Of a DNA stretch of 64,000 nt, positions 17,938-32,070 are shown one piece after another. The notes under the pieces were generated by a model. It had not been told where the DNA came from. It did not search any database and saw only the letters and a program-made list of their open reading frames with translations. Within the stretch, counting starts at the first letter, position 1, and each line of letters begins with the position of its first letter. Made by a program: the position numbers and the translations under genes. Location: assembly GCA_964016885.1 (NCBI GenBank), contig OZ024763.1, positions 8,370,001-8,434,000 on the forward strand, written 5' to 3'. The DNA is from Eledone cirrhosa (taxonomy: Eukaryota).

Positions 17938-18515
17938 AACATATATATATAAAGAAACCTATGAAAATAAAAAATAGATTCAAAATTTTCACCAGTTTTA
18001 CTTTCTCATCAAAATACTTCGCTGGAAACGTTACGTTTTCAGATAAATGATTTTCTTTCTAAGTTGTTCGCCATTTTGACTCTAAATACTCCTCTTACAC
18101 AATACATCATTTTAAGTATCCTTATCAAACATTTCAAGTCCGCCGCCATATTTTTTGGTGTGTGTTATTTCATGCTTTCATTTTACTGTGTTTTAAATAT
18201 TTTTTCGTTGTTATTTCTTACGTTCGTTTGTTATCCTCATATTTTTAATCCCGTTCTTTTTTCTTCTTCTTACCTTCATTATCATAAAGTAAGTATGATA
18301 TATGGCTCTTAGATTTTCTAGATTTGTTAGAAAAACAGTGGAAAACTTAATACATAAACACACACATATATATATACATATTATATATATGAATACATAC
18401 CTATTATATATATATATATATAAATATATGTATATATATATATAAATATATATATATATAAATATATGTATATATATATATATATAAATATATATATATA
18501 TAAATATATGTATAT

Positions 18516-18582
<67 letters not shown>

Positions 18583-18854
18583 AATATATGTATGTATATA
18601 TATATATACATACACACACATTCATCTTCGCCTCGTTTCTTCTATACTGACAACTAACGTATCTTTGCTATCAATTAAGAGAAAATATTTTCTTCTAAAT
18701 AACCGACATATTTCTCACTGTTCCCCTCTTTCTATCCCGCCTCTATTTACTTCTCTCTCTCTTTCTCTTTCTTACACACACAGACACACGCACAGACACA
18801 CATACACACATACACACACACACATATATATATATACATACATACATACATACA

Positions 18855-18894
<40 letters not shown>

Positions 18895-18898
<4 letters not shown>

Positions 18899-19232
18899 TT
18901 CTATTTAAATTGATGGGATACAACAAGCAAATATTTTTATAACTGATATAAAGCACTCAACAAATTATTGGAGTAAAAATACGATATATTAACAAATGGA
19001 AACTATATTTATAAAACCATATTTATTTCATTTTACATATTTCAAGGACACCAAGTTAAATTATGGTGTGCTTTCATTAGATAAAATATAATATAGAGCA
19101 GTTTTATAAATAAATATTGACATACCCTTAAAAAATGAAAGCACACCATAATTTAACTTGGTGTCCTTGAAATATGTATAATGAAATAAATATGGTTTTA
19201 TAAATATAGTTTCCATTTGTTAATATATCGTA
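18895..19232. mobile_element. Family A repeat with ~97-bp inverted arms (18980-19077 / 19135-19232), each carrying a damaged hammerhead; probable Penelope-like element terminus
   Basis: Arms are near-perfect reverse complements; minus copy has CTAATGA core, plus copy lacks CTG; related pieces at ~480-630, 15925-16215, 16670-16840, 27285-27340, 50070-50135. Confidence 0.65.
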
Positions 19233-19414
19233 TATATATATATAACTTTATTTGGACTACCTTTTATTTTCTGTATCTATCCTTCGTGCTCCTGTCTCTA
19301 ATTTTGTATTCCTGAAGAAGGCCTAAAGCCCGACATGTCGAACTTTCTTTCCCATTTTCCATAAAAAGGATGAAACTAATAAGACTTTTGTACATTTGTT
19401 TTGTCACTTCCTTG

Positions 19415-19479
<65 letters not shown>

Positions 19480-19482
<3 letters not shown>

Positions 19483-19635
19483 GATTCGCTTCCAGACTTT
19501 TCGTATCCCCAATTCCACTCGTAAGGCATTGGTCAACTCAATTTTCTACAAGAAAGCCCTTTCTCGAGGTCCCACTCAGTAGGCCCGAACCAGAGACCAA
19601 TATTTGCGAACCAAACTCCTTATCCAAACAGATGT
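19480..19635 (-). mobile_element. Old, diverged SINE copy
   Basis: CCAATTCCACTCGTAAGGCATTGGTC...CAGTAGGCCCGAACC resembles, from memory, an abundant octopus SINE. Confidence 0.45.
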
Positions 19636-20844
19636 GCAGTAATTACTTCTGCTGCTGCTTGGATTTTCACGATTAGTTGATGTTATATATTTCGTTTTAA
19701 AACTCTGTTATCATAAGATAAGAAATAGGCAACCAATGAGCTCCGATCTGATCTGCAGGTTTATGATATGATAGTAGCGTGGGAAGGTTGGCCTATTATA
19801 TGGTTATACTCTAATGTTTGCTAGTCAATTGGTGCTGGGCAACGGTTATCAGCTTTTGATAGAGTGACTAATTTGTTAGTAAGTATAGCCTTCTGAATCC
19901 GCAAGTTACCAATATTTCTTTCTGTGGCATTCATGGTGACACTGTTAAACTGTTCATGACATCCCAGTAATTGTTTCTTTTTACAGAAGAAATATTTGTA
20001 TATATGTTGTTGTTGTTTTTGTTGCAGCTGTTTTTGTTATTGTTGGAGATTTCAACTAATAGTAGTCTTAATAGTTATTATTGCTGTATATATAGTTGAT
20101 ATTGTTGTTGTTGTTAATACTATTGTAGCAGTGTTATTGTTGTAGTAGTTATTGTAGTAGAATCAATAGACATAGGAGCAGTTAGTATCCTTGTAGATAT
20201 TTTCGTTATTGTTGTTATTGCAGTAGTAGTAGTAGTAGTAGTAGCAGTAGTAGTAGTGTTGTAAATGATATTGCAGTAGCTTTACCTACTCCTCCTCTTT
20301 TCCTTACATAGTTTACTCCCATTAACTATTAATTTTACTAACTATTAATTAAATCATATCACGTGCTGTTGAATTGCAGCTTCAATATCTTTACTGTGAT
20401 TTTCTGTGAAACTTTTTAACTCTAACGCACACACACACACACACATATATGTATATATATATATACATATATATATACATATGTGTATATATATATACAT
20501 ATGTATATATATATATATAAATATATATATGCATATGTATATATGCCTATATATGTATATATGCATATACATATGTATATATATGTATATATGCATATAC
20601 ATATGTATATATATGTATATATGCATATGTATATATGTATATATGCATACATGCATATATATATATATATACATGTATATATATACATACATGTATATAT
20701 ATACATACATATATATATACATACATGTATATATATACATACATATATATATGCATACATGTATATATATACATACATGTATATATATATATACATGTAT
20801 ATATATACATACATGTATATATATATATATATGTATATATATAT

Positions 20845-20875
<31 letters not shown>

Positions 20876-21134
20876 ATATATATACATGTATATATATTTT
20901 ATATATACATGTATATATATTTTATATATACATAGATATATACATACATACATAGATATATACATATATATATATGTATATGCATATATATATGTATATA
21001 CATATATATATATATGTATATGCATATATATATATTTATTATATACTTGTATTTGCATATATATATATTCATATATACATATATATATACATATATATGC
21101 ATATATACATATATATATATACATATATATACAT

Positions 21135-21214
<80 letters not shown>

Positions 21215-21414
21215 AGGGGAGTGAGGGGGCAAAGCTAATTTATAACCTTCAAAATAATTTTTGCATATTCAAAATAAATTAATTAACTCGCTAATTAGTG
21301 ATTATATCTTTCTTCTTCTTCTTCTTCTTCTATATGTGAATGTGTGTGTGTGTAAAAGTTAAACATACAATGAAGAAATATATTAGTTTAATTCTTGAAA
21401 TAGCAGGAAGAGAG

Positions 21415-21450
21415 TCTTAACGTTTCGTACACTAGTCCTTCATCAGAAGA
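21415..21450 (-). ncRNA. Minimal hammerhead, family B (stem II mismatch)
   Basis: Minus strand TCTT CTGATGA AGGAC TAGT GTAC GAAA CGTT AAGA; same flank as the copy at 63008. Confidence 0.5.
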
Positions 21451-21835
21451 AATAGAAGATATATAGAAAGTAAAGAGTAATCAGAGGAAAGAACGGGGAA
21501 AAAATAAGGAAAAAAATGGGGAAGAAAATTCAGTAATATGGCGGCTGTAGCTTGAAAACGTCCGTTTCCCCATACTCATATTAAGGGGGGGGTTAATGAT
21601 TAAGGGTTGGGATATATAGATGATGTCTGTGGTAGTGATTGGGGGGGGGGGGGGGTGTTAGCTCTAACATAAGGATTTAGTTCATGATTTGCTTGGTTAG
21701 GGTTAGGGTTAGGGCTAGGATGATTGCTCTCCTTCTATATATATATATATATATAGGAATAGAGTCAGGACCCCGATTACCCACTCTACTACCCAGTATC
21801 GAGTACTCTGATGCGTTATGGTCCACACTCCCTTC

Positions 21836-21872
<37 letters not shown>

Positions 21873-21917
21873 AGAGATACAGGGAAAATGAGAAAGAGAT
21901 ATAGAGGAAAAAAAACC

Positions 21918-22066
21918 CAGTACTAGACTGGTACTTTCTTTATCTACCTCGAAAAGATGAAATGTAAAGTTGACCTCGGTGGGATTTGAACTCAGACATC
22001 AGAGAGTCGTAACAAACACCTTAAAGCATTCTATCCAACTTTCTAATGACTCTGCCAATTCACCGA
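21918..22066 (-). mobile_element. SINE, same family, diverged
   Basis: CTGGTACTTT...GGGATTTGAACTCAG...CTGCCAATTCACCG. Confidence 0.75.
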
Positions 22067-22359
22067 CTATTCTATATACTCTATATATGTATATAGTGTA
22101 TACATATATATAGTGTATACATGTGTAGAGTACGTGTGTGTATATTTAGGGTGGTTATCGAGGGTGAATCGACTGGTTAGAGCAATAATGGTCATGTTTA
22201 CGTATGTATACATATATATATATATATACACATATATATACATATATATATATATATACATTCATATATACATATATATATACACATATATATACATATA
22301 CATATATATATACATATACATATATATATACACATATATATACATATACATATATATAT

Positions 22360-22404
<45 letters not shown>

Positions 22405-22496
22405 TAAATATATATATATATATGAATATATATTTATATATATATATACATTTATATATACATACAAACATACATATATATATATGTATATATATG

Positions 22497-22529
<33 letters not shown>

Positions 22530-22770
22530 GTACACCACTTTTCTTTTTCCGCTCTTCCTCTGGGCAGTACCAATCTGGCGTAATTATAATTAGTTAAGGA
22601 CCATTATACAATCAGGTAACGCATTAATAAATATGTCTGCTATATTCTTTTTCAATCCTGACGTTCCGGCGCCATTTTGCCTGGCATAGTTTATGTACGA
22701 GATTGGTGTAATAGTTGAAATGGGGCGAGGACTGTCAGGATAGTTCGATAGAAACGTTATCGTTGTGCTG

Positions 22771-22810
<40 letters not shown>

Positions 22811-24004
22811 GTTTGGGTACGTGTGTATATATGTATGTATACATAAATAGTCATATATGTATGTGTATATATATATGTGTGTATATATGTATGTATGCAT
22901 AAATAGTCATATATATATATATATATATATTATGTATATATATGCATATATATAAATATATATTATGTATATATATATATATATGCATATATATAAATAT
23001 ATATTATGTATATATATATATAAATATTTATATATATATGTATGTGTATGTTTGTGTGTGTGTATATATATATGTATGTATATATAAATACATATATGTA
23101 TGTATATATATATTCATATGTGTATATGCGTATATGTATATATTTATATATTAATACGTATATATGTGTGTGTGTGTGTATCTGGTTTGATTTTATAGTG
23201 GTGGTGTTGGTGGTGATAGTGGTATGTAACGACGGTGTTGGTGGTGGTGGTTGTGGCGGTGGTGGTGTTGGTGTTGGTTGTTATGCAGTGTGTTGTTTAA
23301 AGTATGTTATTTGGTAGTTCTACGAGCGATAATTATAATTAATATGTACACTGTGTACACCAGCAGCACCACCACCACCACCACCCCCACCCCACCATCA
23401 ACACCACCACCATCAACACCACCACCATCACCTCCACTACCTCAACCACCACGCCACCACCACCACCATCACCTCCACTACCTCAACCACCACGCCACCA
23501 CCACCACCACCACCATCACCTCCACTACCTCAACCACCACGCCACCACCACCACCATCACCTCCACTACCTCCACCACCACTACCTCCACCACCACCACC
23601 ACCATTGCTGCCTTTGACGCCACCCACCCCCACCACCATTTTGACAAACTCAGGAATTTCCTAAGCATCCGTTTCACAGATACCGACTCACATATACACA
23701 CATATACACCCACACACACACATATATATACACACACAAACACACACACACACACATATATATACACACACAAACACACGCACACATATACACACACGCA
23801 CACATCATATACACACATACACACTCACACACACACACACACACACTCGCACATAGACACACCAGTCAATTTCCCTCTAGCACTATAATATTTATATTCC
23901 GTGTTTATACAGTGTCTGTCCGACAATATGTCTATCTTTCTATCTCACACTGTGTCTATATATTTACCTATTTAACTAATTATCTAACCACATACACACT
24001 CACT

Positions 24005-24037
<33 letters not shown>

Positions 24038-24131
24038 GCATGTTTATATATATATATATATATATGCATGTTTATATATATATTTACGTATGTTTATATA
24101 TATATATATACATACATATATTTATGTACGT

Positions 24132-24164
<33 letters not shown>

Positions 24165-24598
24165 GAGATATTCACGGTAAGTTGTGGGGTCCAGTCTGCA
24201 TGAAGAACTCAATGTAATCCATATGTTGAAAATGTTGTAGGTTAAAATAAATCACAGAAAACAATAAAACATCAAAAGGAAAACAGAGTCATGATATAAG
24301 TTAAAACAATGAAATAAAAAATCAAGTCATTAGAAATATACTTCACTGCTTTACAATCGTTTCTAGGTGATGATAATACATCGTAACTATACTTCTTTAT
24401 CGATCTATGTAAGGTTAGTTACAAAATATCAGATAGGGAGAATATTTACTGACATGCATATCACCAGCTGTTGACAAAAGCAATATATATCACGATAAAT
24501 TCCTGTCAATTATTCCCTGTCAACAATGTGATCTAAGGAAAAGGAATCCTGAACTCTTTAAAATACAATATGTTGTTAGTGTGTTACCTTTTCAACAT

Positions 24599-24699
<101 letters not shown>

Positions 24700-24702
24700 T
24701 TA

Positions 24703-24742
<40 letters not shown>

Positions 24743-24872
24743 ATAACGAGGAATCAGTGATGCATCAAAACACAATTTATTAACATATTACATATGTTTC
24801 TCCGACGATCAGCTCAAGGCAGGATCTATTATATATCGAACCTGACTCTGCATTTCAAGGCATTTCTTCTGA

Positions 24873-25008
<136 letters not shown>

Positions 25009-25283
25009 ATATATACATATTACTCTTTCTTTTGTTTCTAGACATGTGACAGCTTCAGAACTTCTTCAACTGATGAAGTTGAATCCACGTGAGTTTTTTT
25101 TTGTTCTTTTCTCACACAGCCGCCCCCGTCAAAGGAGGTAATTGCCCCGGCCCCCCTGCAGTGGGTGTGTGTGGGGGAGGGTGCCTACCAGCGACGGCCA
25201 TCACCTTCACTACTACTACTACAACCACCACAGCACAACACCACCATAGCGCAAACACTTCCACCACTACAATCACACCAAAA

Positions 25284-25327
<44 letters not shown>

Positions 25328-25496
25328 ATTTTGAAAAGTTGTTTTCTTACATTTGCTAATGTTGCTTCTCTTTCTTTCTCTTCAGATATGTAACAGGTAG
25401 AAACCAGAGAAGAACCCGGATGTTAATTACGAAAAGAAGAAAACACGCGCACACACGCATACACATACACATACAAGACTGCTGACAAAATAGTGG

Positions 25497-25531
<35 letters not shown>

Positions 25532-25875
25532 TACATATATATATACATATACACACACACACACACATATATATATACACACACACACACACATATATAT
25601 ATACCTATATCACGAGAAATTCCTATCAAAGTCTTTACAATATATTGTTTTGTTCACCGAATAATAATTACAACAACAACAATACCAACAACAAAAACAA
25701 TAATAATAAGAAGAAATAGAAGAAGAAGAATTGGAACCAATCCTATATTTGAATAAATAAAAGAAGACGAAAAAGAGAAAGATAAAGAGCTAGAGAAAGA
25801 AAGAGAGCGCTATAGTGAAAAAGATAGAAAGATAGACGGAAATCCCTGCAAAGACGTAAAGAAGAAGCATTCAAA

Positions 25876-27135
25876 ATGTCCTACATACCTAATACACTTT
25901 TTGTAAAAGTTCGGAAATCCAATGACCTTGGTCTTGGTTTTGCCGTCAATGAAAGACCAACTAAACCCCATGTGATGATCAGTGAAGTGTTTCTGAATGG
26001 CCCGGCAAAGGAAACCGGTCAAATCCATGTCGGTGACTCCATTTTACGGATTAATGACATAGATGTATCCGACATGAGTTTTGACAATGTGGCTGAACTT
26101 TTGAAGAATGTAAACGTGGACGAAACAGTGACATTATTTCTGAAAGGCCCTGAAGGTAGCACTACACATTTGGAGACCATATTTCTGGACAATGGCACGG
26201 CTCGTACCGTACGGGTGACCAAACCGATCCCTAACGAATCGTTTGTCAACAGGTTAAAGCGAACTTTTGTCCCGTCCGTGCCGTCGGCAGTGAGTCCTAT
26301 GAGGAGATTTTATTTTGTGGATGGCGGTAAGACGAAAAAGAACAACGCATCTCCTAAAAAAGATCCGTTTTTAACCAACGACAAGACTTCATCGTTGACT
26401 TCATCCTGTTCCTCATCATCAACCATACCGAAAAGAAAAACACATTCGTTCTCCGAGAACACGGATATAATTCGGAATGGTTCGCTTCCTGTAGACTGTA
26501 CGGATCGTTCGGATGTGAACAGCCAGACACGAAAGAACATTGCCAACACTGTGCCGCCAAAGTCTGCTAACGCTGTGCCGCCAAAGTCTGCCAACGCTGT
26601 GCCGCCAAAGTCTGCCAACGCTGTCAAAGAAACTGTACTGGAAGATAGTAGAAACGGTTCTCCAAAAATCACCTTGACTACTGTACAAAGTGTTCCCGGA
26701 GATCCAAGTTCCACTAACTTGCAGAACCAGGGATCTGGAGACAGCGGATACGGACATGGCGTTGACAATACCGGGGACTACGATATTATAGTAGTCAAAC
26801 ACGACCAGGACCAGATCAAAATAGAAATGAGAAAAGATGGCTGTGATCCTGTTAAGGGCAGCACTGGTAGTGGGGGGCTGTTGGAAAACAACAAAGATGA
26901 CAACAAAAACAGTACGGCGTTCGGCGACGAAAGAAGGACGACGGCGGCCGACGCCATTAACGGAACGCCGACGAAAAGTAGGTCTCGCAGTGGCAGTAGA
27001 CACAACCTGTACTGCGAGAACACTGGCCGAGGGTCACCAGAACGCAGGGGCTCAAGCCCCGTCAAGTACTGTAAACTGAAATGTTACCAAACGGAAAAGG
27101 TTACGACGGACATGTTACATTTAAAGAGCGTGGAG
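25876..27135 (+). CDS. NOS: Nitric oxide synthase coding exon 1: PDZ domain, beta-finger, long low-complexity linker, start of oxygenase domain
   Basis: ATG at 25876; GLGF loop and THLETIFLDNGTARTVRVTKP closely resemble the nNOS PDZ and beta-finger; ends DMLHLKSVE followed by donor GTAAGG at 27136; 1260 nt, phase 0. Confidence 0.93.
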
Positions 27136-27216
27136 GTAAGGTCCAACAAATTTTATTTTTATTGTTTTATCATCTTCTTAAATGTGTGTCTGTTAATGTA
27201 TGTATGTATGTGTCTA

Positions 27217-27276
<60 letters not shown>

Positions 27277-28708
27277 AAATATTAGTACCCTTGAAATACG
27301 TATAATAAAATAAATATGGTTTTATAAAGATATTTTCCATGTATATATATATATATATATGATAATAATGGAGCTGCGCGTTGCAAATGGGATACATATG
27401 AAAAAGTAAGTCCTTCATCAGTGACCCTCCAACCGTCCCAGGTATTCCATCGCTTTAAGGGCCATATACCTCAGGTTGGTGCGAACAACGGCTAAAAAAA
27501 GTCGTTGGGACACGTAAATAAAGGGGACGTTAGGGTGAACAAACAAAATGGTTTAAGCAACGGAAAGTGAGAAGAAAGAGACAAGTCCCAGATTTCTATG
27601 AATATAAACTCGGTGAAATCGTGAACAAGAGACAAAAGACCATCAAACCTGGTTGAAATGTGAGCAAGGAAGGAATTTCGCACAGGTCTAACGGGGGGAA
27701 GAAGAAGGGGTCTGGTCTGCGAATTCGGTAAACATAAGTTCTGTGAAGTCGCAGACGAGAGAGAGAGAGAGAGAGAAAATTCATACCGGCTTGACCAAGA
27801 ACGCGCGAGAAAAGAAATCGGAAAGGTCAAGCGGGAAGAAATATATACACAGTTGCGGACTGGCCAGGTTTCCCAATGGCAAGTGCGCCCCAGGGGGCCC
27901 ACGGTAGCATTGCAAGCGCCCACAGTAACATTGCAGGGCCCACTGTAGTATTTTAGGGGCCAATGCTTTGCTGAAATCTAAGAGAAAGAATAAAATAAAT
28001 AAAACAATTCAGCAAAGCATTTGGTCAACCAATTCCCCAGGGAATTACTAGAAAGCAAAATATACGATAGTGCAAATAGCTGGAATCAGTGGTTGTACAT
28101 TCTACTAGATCTAAAGCTTAGTGTATTCATTTATGCAAACATAGATATATAGACACAGACACACAAGCATATATATATATATATTTACTTACACACGAAC
28201 TACTGACCAAATAATATTTGGTATCAATGGGTTAAATACATCTGTCAAATCAATTAGTGGTGAAGGTGGTATATATATATATAGAGAGAGAGGGGGGGGG
28301 GATTGATACACACATATAAATATTGAGTGAGTGTGAAAGACCAAAGGTCATTATTGAAAGTTAAGTTGTGAACATTTTGTATAATGAAAATTGATAATTT
28401 TAAACCTACTTTCGAAATCAAAGTTAAAAAGATGTGTTGTCATTCATGGCTTTCCTAGAGCTATTAGTAATATTTAGGGTCGACTTCTGGTCATTATTGA
28501 AAGTCTCTGGATTTCGCAAAATACATAATATTTTTCATTGGAGAAGGTAAGATATTTTTCCGCAAAACTTTGATGCACTGTTTTGTTTCCACTTATGTAT
28601 TTTTCGAAAATGTTATTTATTCATTATAAAAATTAAATGGTAGTATTCTATATGTAGGTGGGCCCCCTTCAGCTCCTGGCACCCAATATTTTTAGACCCA
28701 GTCCACCA

Positions 28709-28755
<47 letters not shown>

Positions 28756-28993
28756 GTGTGTGTGTATATGTATTCATGTATCTATATATGTGTGTGTCCA
28801 ATTGCTTCGTGTGTTTTGCTCGTTCATTTTCAATTATATATGTGTGTTTTTGGAGTGTGTGTGTGAACGTGTGTATTGAAAAGTTGACAATGTCTTTAAC
28901 ACTTATGTTTAACAACCGATGCCTAAAATAATACACTTCATGTTTCTATCCGTCCGTCTGTCTCTGTTCTCGGTCCCTGGCTCCGTCTAATAG

Positions 28994-29136
28994 CCAGTCA
29001 CGTGTACCCCTAATGGCTGCAAAGGGTCTGTGATGTTTGCACGCGTGAAGAAAGCCAGAACGGAACCGAGGCCCAAAGAAGAAGTTTTGGTTCAAGCGAA
29101 AGCCTTTATGGATGAATATTTCTCTTCGATAAAAAG
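28994..29136 (+). CDS. NOS: NOS exon 2 (zinc-binding CxxxxC)
   Basis: tag|PVTCTPNGCKGSVM...EEVLVQAKAFMDEYFSSIK(R)|gtaaga; 143 nt; frame continuous with exon 1. Confidence 0.93.
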
Positions 29137-29175
29137 GTAAGAGCGTTCCTTCCTTGGAATATGGTATTCGTAATT

Positions 29176-29300
29176 AGGCGACGGATTGAATGCTTTACGG
29201 CATTCGTTCCGGCTGTCTCTTCTCTCTGAGTTCAAACCCTGCCAAAGTTAACTTTAGATTTCATCCGTTCAAGATGGAAAAAGAAAAGTACCAGTACTGG
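29176..29300 (+). mobile_element. SINE, same family, diverged, in NOS intron 2
   Basis: GAGTTCAAACCCTGCCAAAGTTAACTTT...AAGTACCAG. Confidence 0.65.
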
Positions 29301-29321
29301 GATAGTTTCTTCCTCTCTCCC

Positions 29322-29352
<31 letters not shown>

Positions 29353-29460
29353 TTCTCTCTGTTTCCCTCTCTTTCCCTCTCTCACTCTGTATACATATAT
29401 ACAAGGAAGGATCGACTTTCGTCAAATCGAACCGAGGAAACAATGTTTCCATTGGTCTTT

Positions 29461-29497
<37 letters not shown>

Positions 29498-29671
29498 TAT
29501 ATATATTTATATATATATATATTTATATATATTTATATATATATATATTTATATATATATTTATATATATATATATTTATATATATATATATTTATATAT
29601 ATTTATATATATATATATATTTATATATATTTATATATATATATATATTTATATATATTTATATATATATA

Positions 29672-29716
<45 letters not shown>

Positions 29717-29806
29717 ATTTATATATATATGTATATATATAATCTCACTCTCTGTCACACACACATTATCTCACTCACTTTCACCCCCCCCCTCTCTTTG
29801 AAACAG

Positions 29807-29969
29807 GTTAAACACTCCAGCACACCAGAAACGGTGGCAAGAGGTAATGCAGTCAATCGAGTTGACCGGAACGTATGATCTTACCAAAACTGAACTGACC
29901 TTTGGCGCTAAAACTGCCTGGAGGAACGCACCCCGATGTATTGGCCGGATCCAGTGGTCTAAACTACAG
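29807..29969 (+). CDS. NOS: NOS exon 3 (heme-thiolate Cys)
   Basis: cag|...[34 protein letters not shown]|gcaagt; 163 nt; GC donor. Confidence 0.96.
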
Positions 29970-30152
29970 GCAAGTAAACAATCTCTACACAACTAAACTG
30001 ATTTACCATATTTCCCACCGCCTCCTTAGGCTCCAGCGCCCATTAGACCTTCTCAACGAACCCCGGAGGGTGATAACACCCGCTTTGAGAACCTCTGCTT
30101 TAATAAGACGTATACTGTTGATAGGGCAGATATTAGGACGTGTTGTAATAGC

Positions 30153-30274
30153 AGAGATGTGGCAAGTTCTGCATGTACATACTGCAAAGTTTTCTGTTCA
30201 TCCTGGCAATGGACAGAGATGTGGCAAGTTCTGCATGTACATACTGCAAAGTTTTCTGTTCATCCTGGCAATGG
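30153..30274. repeat. Exact ~61-bp tandem duplication
   Basis: CAGAGATGTGGCAAGTTCTGCATGTACATACTGCAAAGTTTTCTGTTCATCCTGGCAATGGA twice. Confidence 0.92.
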
Positions 30275-31011
30275 AAACAGCAAAGTTTTTGACGTAACTG
30301 TAGCTCACCTTAACGCTATTTTTATTAAAGATATTCTGATATCTATGGTATGCAATGAAATACTTATTTATAAAGTTTAGGAAAATCCTGGCAACATTGG
30401 AATGAGCTTTTAAACTATAGGGAGGATTATAACATCTAATATTTCGTTTCCTATGTTTACATTTACGTGTGTTATTGTTGTTCTGTTTGTAGCCAACTAA
30501 TACGTCATTGTAATAAGATAAGACGGATATACATTTACTAATATATGTTATTGACTAAGAGCTATTGAGGAATGGTGAGAATTTGTAACAGAATGCTGTA
30601 GTGTCTTGTTAGGCTTACTACAATGGCAGTATTTGTCAGTACTTAAATTTAGAATTATATCTCATAAATTCACAACAGTTAGAATAGCATCTTACATGAT
30701 ATATAGATCTAAATCTTTTGCATATCTCAAAAAGAGTAGTCCATCACCACAGTAAAAAGACGAGCTCCGCAAAATGACATCTTTTGAGAGGAAGTTTCGA
30801 GTATAAAAACAATCCTATTAATTAACAGACTTCAGAAGCAGCGTAAGAACCCATCAAAAAATATCTGACGAATATATTTTAATCCAAGAATCATTATAGG
30901 AAAATAACATAGGTTTTCTAGCGTGCGGAATAATATCTACGACCGAATCACTCACTAATTGAAATAAAAACAATCCCTACCAAATGCTTAATCTTTTTGA
31001 AGAACGAATGT

Positions 31012-31048
<37 letters not shown>

Positions 31049-31057
31049 ATATATATG

Positions 31058-31093
<36 letters not shown>

Positions 31094-31153
31094 TGTATAT
31101 ATATGTATATATATATGTATATATATATGTATATATATATGTGTATATATATG

Positions 31154-31184
<31 letters not shown>

Positions 31185-31593
31185 GTATATATATATGTAT
31201 ATATATGTGTATATATATGTATATATAAGTATATATATGTGTATATATATGTATATATATATATGTGTGTATATATATATGTGTGTGTGTATATATATAT
31301 ATATGTGTGTGTGTGTATATATATGTGTGTATATATATGTATATATATATAAATATATATATACACACACATATATATACACACACACATATATATATAT
31401 ATATGTATATATAAATATGTATAAATATATGTATATATATATGTGTGTGGGTGTATATGTGTGTGCGTTTGTGTGTGTCTGTATGTGTGTGTGTGTTTGT
31501 GTGTGCATGTATGTAAGCATGTGACGCAAGAATTTTTCTACCTTAATTGTTCTTTCTGGTGATAATGTGAATTCTGTTTTGCTTTTGCAAGTG

Positions 31594-31657
<64 letters not shown>

Positions 31658-31663
31658 CAAATG

Positions 31664-31703
<40 letters not shown>

Positions 31704-31796
31704 TATATATAGAACAAAGAGGGTGTTGTAAGGAACCAGGTGGACCATAACACACCAGAGTACTCGATACTTAGAGTAGTAGAGTGGGTAATAGGA

Positions 31797-31918
31797 AAAG
31801 AGTCAGCACCCCAACGGCTGAGCTCCGGCCGTTTCGACAGCTAGATCCGCACGGATCCAAGTTCGGATCTAGCTGTCGAAACGGCCGGAGTTCAGCCGTT
31901 GGGGTCCTGACTCTTCTC
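31797..31918. repeat. Hairpin of two family C arms
   Basis: AGAGTCAGCACCCCAACGGCTGAGCTCCGGCCGTTTCGACAGCTAGATCCG...CGGATCTAGCTGTCGAAACGGCCGGAGTTCAGCCGTTGGGGTCCTGACTCT. Confidence 0.85.
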
Positions 31919-31919
31919 A

Positions 31920-31964
<45 letters not shown>

Positions 31965-32013
31965 CATTTATTTATTTATTTATTTATATATAGAGAGAAG
32001 CATACATACACAT

Positions 32014-32060
<47 letters not shown>

Positions 32061-32070
<10 letters not shown>

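Noticed and set aside
26310-27065. Antisense ORFs over exon 1
   Set aside because: Shadows of the NOS coding strand
27360-27965. GC-richer block in intron 1 as an alternative exon
   Set aside because: No recognisable protein similarity or convincing splice pair; more likely a transposon remnant
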